Shown here in pieces: positions 1 to 7,320 of a stretch of DNA of 14,282 nt (position 1 is its first letter; every line of letters begins with the position of its first letter). The position numbers were made by a program, and so were the translations under genes. The notes below the pieces were generated by a model. That model ran no database searches. It saw only the letters and a list, made by a program, of their open reading frames with translations, and had not been told where the DNA came from. The stretch is from Planctomycetota bacterium (GTDB lineage Bacteria > Planctomycetota > SZUA-567 > H5-PLA8). The stretch lies in assembly GCA_045863855.1 (NCBI GenBank), contig BTVV01000145.1, positions 1-14,282 on the forward strand, written 5' to 3'.

Positions 1-511
1 CTGTTCCCAAGAATAGCCCCTCACAAATTTTCGCGTCCCCAGGGCTGCGGCGCCTAAGAACGCTCCCACAAGCGCGCCCAACAGGCGGTCTACCAATCGA
101 ATGGAGCTAGGGGGGCGCGATTCGGTTTCCGAGTCATGAGGTTTTCGAACCACGGGAGCGGCCTCTGTAATTGGCGTCTGGTCAACGAACCCGCACATGC
201 GCAGCAATACAAAAAGATCGTACCACGTAAACTCCTGATGCCCATTTCATGGGTGCATAGCTCGCCCAACCGCCATGCACGACGCGTTTTTTCTTACGCT
301 TTGCAGCAGCGATTTATGGCAGTTTTATAGCAGAATCGACTTTTTGCTCGACGTGCACAGCCGTGTATAGACAACCGATCCCTGCTTGTAAGTCCTTATT
401 TCTCGTTCTCGGATTGAGCGCCGTTCTCGAACCACGCACCTTGCGTGCGCGGCTTGGACTGCACCTCGAACCTTTGCGCCCCGCGCCGGGCCGGTTCAAG
501 GCCAATTCCCA

Positions 512-1651
512 TTAAGGCATCCGCCCCAACGGTTTAACCACTTTCTTGACCTTCTCCTTCTCCGGCGGCTCCACCGGCTTGGCGTGCACCCCGCCGCCGG
601 CCGGATCGGCCTGCTCGGGGTTCTGCCGGCGATGCAGCGCGTCCAACTCCGCCTGCGCCGCCGCTTCTTCGAAAGTCTGACGGGCCAAGGTGATACGTGT
701 AAGCGCCCAAGCCGTCGGCACCGGCAGCCAGTCCAATTCCGCGTGCCCGCCCGGCGTGAACTCCGTCACCCGCAATTCGTAATACGCCGCAAATCCGCCC
801 CCTTCCAGGCGCAGCAGATAGACCCGCTCCGGCTCCAGCGGCAGCGCTTCGTGTTCACCTAAGTCCTTGGGAAGTCCTTCGTTAGAACCAAGGTCCAAGA
901 GCCGCGCCGTGCGCCCTTCGCGCGCCACCACCGCCAGCCGTTCGGGCTTTCCGTCGGCACCGGGGAGCACCCGTAAATCCGCTTCCTGCAACGGAATACC
1001 GGATCCACCCGGAAAGCCCAACGTCGCCCGCGCCGCGGCCTCGCCGGCCAGTTCCCAGCGCGCCGAACCGGAGCTAACTTCAGCCCAATCCGGCACTTGC
1101 GGAGCTATTGCGGGCGCCGGAAGCGCCTTCGGCGCCGGCGCTTCCGCCACCTCCGGCACCTGGGGATGCGCCGAGGGCGTCGGCTCGTCCGGTGTATCCG
1201 GCTCCGGATCGGCCGTCGCAGGCTTCGGCTCGACCGATCGTAAGTCTAAAGGGTGAATATCTTTAGCATCGGTTACCGCAGGCTCGACCGGCGCCTTCGA
1301 CCGCCCGCTCCAGAACCAGATCCCGCCCGCCGCGCACAACAAAATCGCCGCCGCCAACGCCAGCGCGCGCCGGTTTCCCGCCGCCGCCAGCCGCACGCTG
1401 GCCCGCCGCGACCTGCGGCGCGACCCTGTAAGTCTAGACGAATCAAGCCTTAAGCGATGCAACACCGCCTCGCGAGCCGACCCGCGGCTGCGCAGCGGAC
1501 GCAAGCCCTCTTCCACAAAGCGGTCGAACTCGGCCTCGTTCGCCACCTCCGGATCGCGCGCCAATGCGGCTTCAACTTCTTTCCGCGTCTGGACTTCCAT
1601 GCGATCTAGCGGCGTCGCCGCCAGCCATTCTCGAGCTTCTTCATGCGTCAC
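512..1651 (-). CDS. Membrane-anchored anti-sigma factor (degenerate ZAS/ASD-like N-terminus, one TM helix, Pro-rich linker, extracytoplasmic beta domain), 379 aa
   Basis: GTG start overlaps the ECF sigma TGA stop (GTGA, 1648-1651), with SD-like GAGGGGGAG upstream. N-terminus MTHEEAREWL...EVEAALARDPEV follows the anti-sigma-domain pattern. An Arg-rich stretch precedes the TM segment ALALAAAILLCAAGGIWFW, followed by a Pro/Glu-rich linker. Confidence 0.75.
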   Translation of the reverse strand: MTHEEAREWLAATPLDRMEVQTRKEVEAALARDPEVANEAEFDRFVEEGLRPLRSRGSAREAVLHRLRLDSSRLTGSRRRSRRASVRLAAAGNRRALALAAAILLCAAGGIWFWSGRSKAPVEPAVTDAKDIHPLDLRSVEPKPATADPEPDTPDEPTPSAHPQVPEVAEAPAPKALPAPAIAPQVPDWAEVSSGSARWELAGEAAARATLGFPGGSGIPLQEADLRVLPGADGKPERLAVVAREGRTARLLDLGSNEGLPKDLGEHEALPLEPERVYLLRLEGGGFAAYYELRVTEFTPGGHAELDWLPVPTAWALTRITLARQTFEEAAAQAELDALHRRQNPEQADPAGGGVHAKPVEPPEKEKVKKVVKPLGRMP

Positions 1652-2226
1652 GATTCGACTCCCCCTCGCCCGTGCGGAAACAGATCGGCGAGCTTCTCCC
1701 TCAGTAACTGCTTGCCACGGTACAAGATACCTTTCACCTGACCCGGGCTTAAATCCAACTTCTGCGCGATTTCCTCGAACGTCATCCGCTCCAGGTAGCG
1801 CATCAAGAGCGGCAAACGGTACCGTTCCGGGCAGTCCTCGATCGCGCTCAATATCCGCGTCGATACCGCTTCTTCTTCCGGAGCAAGGACTTCCGTGTAC
1901 TCACGCGCCCGCTGATCGGCCCCCAGCACCTCCAGCCCGCGCTGCTGCCGCTCCCGCCGCCGCCGCGCTTCGCTCCAGACGTGATGCGCGATTCCCAACA
2001 CCCACTGTAAGAAACGCTGCTTCCGGTCGAACCGCTCCAGCGCCTCGAACGCCCGTACAAAGGCTTCCTGAGCAAGCTCTTGCGCCAACTCCCGATCCCG
2101 CGTCCGGCTCAACAGATACGCGTACACCGATGGCTCGTACTGAGCCATCAGTTGCCCGAACGCCTCGGGAGCGCCGTCCAACGCCTGTTCCACCCAGGTG
2201 CACTCCGCATCGTTCGCCTGCGTCAC
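1648..2226 (-). CDS. ECF-family (sigma-70 group 4) RNA polymerase sigma factor, ~192 aa
   Basis: Region 2 AFGQLMAQYEPSVYAYL...LAQELAQEAFVRAF...FLQWVLGIAHH and region 4 CPERYRLPLLMRYLERMTFEEIAQKLDLSPGQVKGILYRGKQLL. Start placed at GTG 2226 because GGAG lies 6 nt upstream; the open frame extends to 2319. Confidence 0.95.
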   Translation of the reverse strand: MTQANDAECTWVEQALDGAPEAFGQLMAQYEPSVYAYLLSRTRDRELAQELAQEAFVRAFEALERFDRKQRFLQWVLGIAHHVWSEARRRRERQQRGLEVLGADQRAREYTEVLAPEEEAVSTRILSAIEDCPERYRLPLLMRYLERMTFEEIAQKLDLSPGQVKGILYRGKQLLREKLADLFPHGRGGVES

Positions 2227-2395
2227 ACCCGGCTCCACCGAAGTATTGGCGCCAGCAGGAGAAAGGGAACGCGTGGGACGCATCGAATTTTGCACCCCGG
2301 GCGCGGCAGGACGCCGCACGCTATCCTTAAAGGTCGCTGAAAATCCGTCCGGTGCAAGCCTTTACTGCGTCGAAGAAAAGACCGGCCCCACCCGC

Positions 2396-2401
2396 TATAC
2401 T
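2396..2401 (+). promoter_or_regulatory. Possible sigma70 -10 element for the cytochrome/ABC operon
   Basis: TATACT (5/6 match to TATAAT) about 80 nt upstream of ATG 2483; no convincing -35 box. Confidence 0.25.
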
Positions 2402-2482
2402 GCAAGTCCTGATGCCAAATACCGGTTAGCGCGTGCGCTGGCGTGGCGAAAAGGCAATACGAAAGAGCAGGAGCTTTCCGAG

Positions 2483-3553
2483 ATGGCGCGCGCCTTGATC
2501 GCTTTCGTCCTGCTCGCCGGCCTGGCGCTCTTTTTATATTTGGCCGCCCGATTCTCCGAAGAAACCCCCGCGCCCGAAGTTCAGCCCGCGCCGGTAACTC
2601 CTCCCTTGCCCGATCTTTCCGGCGGTCCCGGACGAGCGCCGTTGGTTTTCACGTCCAGCCAGCAATGCCGCGATTGCCACAGCGAAATTTACACCGAATG
2701 GCTTTCCGATCAGCACGCCAGCGCCTGGACCGAGAACAACTTCCAGACGTTCACGGAGAATTACAAGCGCGTCGAATGCCTGAGCTGCCACGCGCCGCAG
2801 CCGATGTTGCAAGTCGGCATCGAGAAAGAACCGCTGCTGCGCGACACCGACCGCGAAGCCGGCATCGATTGCCTCACGTGCCACATCAAAGACGGCCGCG
2901 TGCACGGAACCCTCGGCTCTAACGGAGCTTGCGACGGCATCCTGGAACCGCGGCTCAAAACTTCGCAAGCCTGCTTTCATTGCCACCACACGCACAACCT
3001 GTTCAAGGAATTCGAAGCCAGCCCTCAGTTTAAGCAAGGCATGACGTGCCAGGACTGCCACATGGCCGTCGTCGAACGCGTCGTCAGTCCGGGCGGTCCG
3101 AAGCGCAAAACGCGCAAGCATTTCATCCACGGCGGCGGGCACGATCCGGAAGCGCTTAAAAAGACGCTAAGCTTGGACTTAAAAGTGGAAGGCCGCACCC
3201 TGACCGCCACCGTCACCAACATCGGCGCGGCGCACGGCGTCCCCGGCGAAATCAATAACCGTATCGTACGCTTGGAGATATCGGTGCTGGTGAAGCAGAA
3301 GGAATTGTTCCAAGGAAAAGAACAGGAAATCGAGAACGAGGTGCGCGCTTGGCGGCGCGATTTCCAGCCGCCGCCGCGCATGGCGCGCGATAAAATCCCG
3401 TCCACGCAGATCATGCCCGGCGAACCCCGCGTGCTTACCTTCGAGCTTCCCGTCGATCATGGAAGGATCGAGGCGATCTTGACTTACCGGCTGGAAGCCA
3501 CGCTCCTGATGGCCGAAGGCGTCGAGATGGGCCGCGCGGAAATCAACTTCTAG
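2483..3553 (+). CDS. Pentaheme cytochrome c (cytochrome c554-like multiheme family) with N-terminal membrane anchor/signal, 356 aa
   Basis: Five CxxCH motifs: CRDCH (2666), CLSCH (2777), CLTCH (2870), CFHCH (2972), CQDCH (3047). Family-like segments IYTEWLSDQHA and C-terminal VTNIGAAHGVP. SD AGGAG (2469-2473) precedes ATG 2483, followed by hydrophobic ALIAFVLLAGLALFLYLAA. Confidence 0.93.
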   Translation: MARALIAFVLLAGLALFLYLAARFSEETPAPEVQPAPVTPPLPDLSGGPGRAPLVFTSSQQCRDCHSEIYTEWLSDQHASAWTENNFQTFTENYKRVECLSCHAPQPMLQVGIEKEPLLRDTDREAGIDCLTCHIKDGRVHGTLGSNGACDGILEPRLKTSQACFHCHHTHNLFKEFEASPQFKQGMTCQDCHMAVVERVVSPGGPKRKTRKHFIHGGGHDPEALKKTLSLDLKVEGRTLTATVTNIGAAHGVPGEINNRIVRLEISVLVKQKELFQGKEQEIENEVRAWRRDFQPPPRMARDKIPSTQIMPGEPRVLTFELPVDHGRIEAILTYRLEATLLMAEGVEMGRAEINF

Positions 3554-3571
3554 CAGCCAGGAGTCTGCCCC

Positions 3572-4621
3572 ATGAACCGCCTGCGCGCATGGTTGCTGTT
3601 GAGCCTCTCGATCCTGATTGGCGCCGGCTGCGGCAGCGGAAGTCCCGCGGCGCCACAGGGTTCCAGCGCCACCTCCGGCGCCGGCGAAGTTGTGCTCTTT
3701 ACTTCGCTCGACCCGCTTTTCTCGGAACCCATCGTCGCCGATTTCGAGACGCAGACCGGCATTAAAGTGAAGCTCCAGACCGACACCGAAGCGGCCAAAA
3801 CCGTGGGCCTGGTCAACCGCCTGATCGCGCGCCAAGCGCATCCCGAATGCGACGTGTACTGGAACAACGAAGTGGGCCAGACATTAGTCCTTCAAGCCAA
3901 AGGCGTTCTGGAACCGTACGTGCCGCAAAACGCCGCTGACATACCGGATGCGTATAAGGACAAGTCGGGCTGGTGGACCGGCTTCGCCGCGCGTGCGCGC
4001 GTGATCCTCTACAACACCGAGCTGGTGAAGCCGGAGGACGCACCGAAGTCGCTGGAAGACCTGATCGATCCACGCTTTAAGGATCAGGTGGTGATCGCCA
4101 AGCCGCTCTTCGGCACCACCTACTCGCACGCCGCGGCGCTCTTTGCGGCCTGGGGGCCCGAACGCGCGCAAGACTGGTTCCGAAAGCTCAAAGCCAACGG
4201 CGTTAAAGTCGCGCCCGGCAACGCGATGGCGCGGAACATGGTCGCCGACGGCGAAGCCGCCGTCTGCCTCACCGATACCGACGACGCCAACGGCGCGTTC
4301 CTCAAAGGCCGCCCGGTGAAGATGGTCTATCCCGACGCCGCGGGAATCGGGACGCTGGTGCTGCCCAACAGCGTTGCGCTGATTAAAGGCGGCCCGAACC
4401 CCGAACGCGGGAAAAAGCTGATCGAGTACCTCGTCAGCCGCGCGGTGGAAGCGAAGCTGGCGCAGAGCGAGAGCGCGCAAATGCCCGTGCGGCCGGGCGT
4501 TAAGCCGTACAACGCGCAGTTCGATCCCGCTCAAGTCAAAGCCATGCAGGTGGATTGGGTGAAAGCGGCCGAACAGTTCCCCGAGGTGAAGCGCTTCGTG
4601 CAGGAGGAGTTGAACTGGTAA
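3572..4621 (+). CDS. ABC transporter substrate-binding lipoprotein, FbpA/AfuA/FutA (Fe3+/thiamine-like PBP2) superfamily
   Basis: Signal peptide with lipobox (IGAG-C); motifs DFETQTGIKV, ARARVILYNTELV, PKSLEDLIDPRFKDQVVIAKP, LIKGGPNPERGKKLIEYL; SD AGGAG upstream; 18 nt after the cytochrome stop. Confidence 0.92.
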   Translation: MNRLRAWLLLSLSILIGAGCGSGSPAAPQGSSATSGAGEVVLFTSLDPLFSEPIVADFETQTGIKVKLQTDTEAAKTVGLVNRLIARQAHPECDVYWNNEVGQTLVLQAKGVLEPYVPQNAADIPDAYKDKSGWWTGFAARARVILYNTELVKPEDAPKSLEDLIDPRFKDQVVIAKPLFGTTYSHAAALFAAWGPERAQDWFRKLKANGVKVAPGNAMARNMVADGEAAVCLTDTDDANGAFLKGRPVKMVYPDAAGIGTLVLPNSVALIKGGPNPERGKKLIEYLVSRAVEAKLAQSESAQMPVRPGVKPYNAQFDPAQVKAMQVDWVKAAEQFPEVKRFVQEELNW

Positions 4622-6267
4622 GCGCCGCGCCGCCGGTCGAAGCCGATCGCACCACTGCGCGCCCCGGCGTGCCTTGGCGCGCCTTCCTGGGCTTGGCCTA
4701 TGTGCTGGCCTGTGCGGCACTTCTGATCGGCCCGCTGCTGACTTTCTTGATCGGCACGGCGCGCGGCGGCGCCTTCGCCGATTACACCGCGCCCAACGCA
4801 GCCGAACAGGAACGGCTCACCGGACTCTTCTGGGTCAACATACGCATCGCCTTGGGCGCGACGACCTTAGCGGTCCTCTGCGGCGTCACGGTGGCGCTCT
4901 CGATCCATCGTGCACGCGGCGCGTGGCGCAAGATCCTTGCCGCCGTTTATCCGCTGCCGCTCCTGCTGCCGCCGACGGTCGTTACCATCGCGTGGACGCA
5001 TCTGATTGGCAAACGTGGACTTGCCGCGATGCTGTGGCGCGACTGGACCGGCGCGGAGCAACTTCCCTTCTCGATGTACGGCGAAGCCGGAAGCGCGTGG
5101 GTCCTGGGCTTATGCTTCTTCCCGCTCGTCACGATGTCCACGCTCGTCGGTCTGCGCGCCATCGGCCCGACCTCGACGCTGGCCGCGCGCGTCCACGCAA
5201 GTCCTTGGCGGCGCTGGTGGAGCATCGATACGCCGCTGCTGCTTCCGTACGTCAGCGCCGGAGCGATCTGCGTGGCGTGGCTGAGCGTCGGGGATTTCGA
5301 AGTGCCGCCGGTGCTGCTCCTAAATACCTACACGCTTCAGATTTACGCGGCGATCAAGAGCTTCGAGCTGGCCAAGGCGCTGCTGCTGTGTCTGCCGCTC
5401 TTGGGCGCGACGGCGCTGTTCCTGGGCCTGCGGCAGTTGCTCGTGCGCGGCTCGGCCGAAGCGACGCTCGACGATCACTGGCGCGCGCAAACCGCGCCGC
5501 CCGATCCGGTTAGAGGCGGTCGTCTTCTGCCGGTCGCGGCGCTGGCGGTGCTGCTGCTGGCGGTCCTCGCCCCAGTCGCGTCGCTGGCGCATCAAAGCAC
5601 CGGCTGGCCCAAGCTGCGCCTAGGGTTACAGACGGCCGGCGGACAAGTTTGGAACAGCTTCGAGACCGCGCTGGGCGCGGCGGCGCTGGCGCTCGTGGTC
5701 GGCGCGCCGTACGCGTGGCTGCTGGCCACGCGGCGCGGCTGGATCCGCGCGGCGCTGGCGCTTCTGGCCTGCGTTCCGTTGGCCATCCCCGGCACAATTC
5801 ACGGGTTAGCGTGGAGCGAAGCGTTACAACTCACGCACTGGGGCCGCGAACTGCTCACCGCGCCGGTGGTGGTGAGTCTCGCCGCCGCCGCGCGCTTTTT
5901 CCCGCTCAGCGTATTTCTCCTCGCCGCCGCGTTTGCCGGATTGCATCCGGGCCTGGACGCCGCGGCGCGCGTGGCCGGCGCGGGATTCGTGCGGCGCGGC
6001 TGGACGATCCACCTTCCGCTCCTGTATCCCGGCTTGCTGGCTGCTTTTGCCATCGTCTACGCGCTGGCCGTCGGCGAACTGGCCTGCTCGATCCTGATCA
6101 ATCCCGTCGGCTTTATGACACTGCCCGTGCGCTTGTCCTCGCTGCTCCACTTCGGGCAAGATGAACTCCTCGCGGCGCTGTGCCTGGTCCAGATCTTCAT
6201 GTCGTGGATTCCGTACTTAGCCGCGGCGGCGCTTTTGGAACGCGTGCTGGAGGTGAAGCTTGGCTGA
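4615..6267 (+). CDS. ABC transporter permease, FbpB-like, two fused permease repeats; start uncertain (CTG 4615, GTA 4618 or GTG 4669)
   Basis: Many hydrophobic segments; duplicated PLLLPPTV/PLAIPGTI motifs; two EAA-like loops (LAARVHASPWRRWWSIDTPLL and AAARVAGAGFVRRGWTIHLPLL); lies between the binding protein and the ATPase. Confidence 0.9.
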   Translation: MVSAAPPVEADRTTARPGVPWRAFLGLAYVLACAALLIGPLLTFLIGTARGGAFADYTAPNAAEQERLTGLFWVNIRIALGATTLAVLCGVTVALSIHRARGAWRKILAAVYPLPLLLPPTVVTIAWTHLIGKRGLAAMLWRDWTGAEQLPFSMYGEAGSAWVLGLCFFPLVTMSTLVGLRAIGPTSTLAARVHASPWRRWWSIDTPLLLPYVSAGAICVAWLSVGDFEVPPVLLLNTYTLQIYAAIKSFELAKALLLCLPLLGATALFLGLRQLLVRGSAEATLDDHWRAQTAPPDPVRGGRLLPVAALAVLLLAVLAPVASLAHQSTGWPKLRLGLQTAGGQVWNSFETALGAAALALVVGAPYAWLLATRRGWIRAALALLACVPLAIPGTIHGLAWSEALQLTHWGRELLTAPVVVSLAAAARFFPLSVFLLAAAFAGLHPGLDAAARVAGAGFVRRGWTIHLPLLYPGLLAAFAIVYALAVGELACSILINPVGFMTLPVRLSSLLHFGQDELLAALCLVQIFMSWIPYLAAAALLERVLEVKLG

Positions 6268-7297
6268 ACGGCTGCGCGTGGAAGGTTTGGTCAAACGGCA
6301 CGGCCGGCGCACGGTTCTGGACGGGCTTTCGTTTTCCGTCGCCGAAGGCGAGGTCCTCGCGCTGCTGGGCGCCAGCGGGAGCGGCAAAACCACCGCGCTG
6401 CACGCCGTCGCCGGCTTGGATCGGCCGGACGCGGGCACGATCGCACTGGACGGAACGACCGTCTTCGGGCCGCATTCCTGGACGCCGCCCGAGAAGCGCG
6501 GCGTAGGCGTGGTCTTTCAAGGCCAGATGCTTTGGCCGCACATGACCGTGACCGAACACTTGCGCTTTGTCCTGAATGCGCAAGGCGTTAGCCGCAGCGA
6601 GCAAGCGTTGCGCATCTCCGCGCAACTCGAAGCCGTGCAACTTACCGGGCGCGACCGCTCGGTCCCGGCGCAGCTTTCCGGCGGCGAACGCCAGCGCCTG
6701 GCGCTCGCCCGCGCGCTGGTCGGCCGTCCGCGCCTGCTGCTCTTCGACGAACCCTGCGCGAACCTCGACGCGACGCTGAAATCGGAACTCCTGGCGCTGC
6801 TGGCTAAGTTGCGCCTCGAACAGTGTTTAACCGCCGTCTACGTGACCCACGATGCGCGCGAAGCGCTGGAACTTTCCGACCGGATCGCGGTCCTCGACGG
6901 CGGGAAGATTCTGCAAAGCGGCACGCCCACCGAACTTCTGCGCGCACCGGCCGGCCCGGCGGTCGCGCGACTGCTCGAAGCCGGTTCGCTACTGAGCGGG
7001 ACGCTCGACGCCGCCGGCCGCTGCGTGACGGAGATCGGCGCGCTCGAAACGAGCGGCATCGAAGGCCGGCCCGCGGGCACGCGCGCGGTGGTGTACCTTC
7101 GTCCGGACGCCCTGGAACTCGCCACGGACGGAGCACTTAGCGGAACCGTGACGCGCACGATGCCCGACGGCGCAGGCTGGGCGGCGCTCCTGAGCGCCGG
7201 TTCGCCCCCGCTGCGCCTGCGCATCTCCCAAGCGCCCGAAGCCGGCGCACGGATCCGGTTTCGCCTGCGCGGACCGGCGACCGCATGGTTAAGCTGA
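6260..7297 (+). CDS. ABC transporter ATP-binding protein, FbpC/PotA-like, probable C-terminal TOBE-type domain
   Basis: Walker A GASGSGKTT, Q-loop VVFQ, signature LSGGERQR, Walker B LLLFDEP, H-loop VTHD. TTG start with GGAGG (6249-6253), overlapping the permease stop. Confidence 0.95.
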   Translation: MAERLRVEGLVKRHGRRTVLDGLSFSVAEGEVLALLGASGSGKTTALHAVAGLDRPDAGTIALDGTTVFGPHSWTPPEKRGVGVVFQGQMLWPHMTVTEHLRFVLNAQGVSRSEQALRISAQLEAVQLTGRDRSVPAQLSGGERQRLALARALVGRPRLLLFDEPCANLDATLKSELLALLAKLRLEQCLTAVYVTHDAREALELSDRIAVLDGGKILQSGTPTELLRAPAGPAVARLLEAGSLLSGTLDAAGRCVTEIGALETSGIEGRPAGTRAVVYLRPDALELATDGALSGTVTRTMPDGAGWAALLSAGSPPLRLRISQAPEAGARIRFRLRGPATAWLS

Positions 7298-7320
7298 AGC
7301 ACGCATTCGGGGAAACGCTC

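Noticed and set aside
14..109. Permuted (two-piece) tmRNA or tRNA-Ala acceptor stem on the - strand: TAGCTCCA (109-102) followed by GGGGCTA (20-14), which would give a G3-U70 pair
   Set aside because: There is no T-arm before TAGCTCCA, no CCA, and no TCGAC-like motif after GGGGCTA; a 7-bp complement is expected by chance.
136..505. Short ORFs 136-330 (+) and 314-505 (-)
   Set aside because: No SD, atypical codon usage and no motifs; treated as non-coding.
2321..2336. CTATCCTTAAAGGTCG as a second copy of the 11223 palindrome
   Set aside because: It needs two insertions and a mismatch, and the symmetry spacing differs.
2340..2430. Cobalamin-riboswitch-like fragments (CCGGTGCAA...ACTGCAA) upstream of the ABC operon
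   Set aside because: It lacks the GGGAA before CGGTG, the AnTCC after it and the AGYCAG-ACC B12 box; an Rfam scan would settle it.
2227..2482. Fur box or ECF autoregulatory promoter
   Set aside because: No GATAATGATAATCATTATC-like repeat and no correctly spaced GGAAC/CGTC-type pair were found.
2198..2482. 95-aa N-terminal extension of the cytochrome ORF
   Set aside because: It overlaps the divergent sigma gene; the SD and the hydrophobic leader point to ATG 2483.
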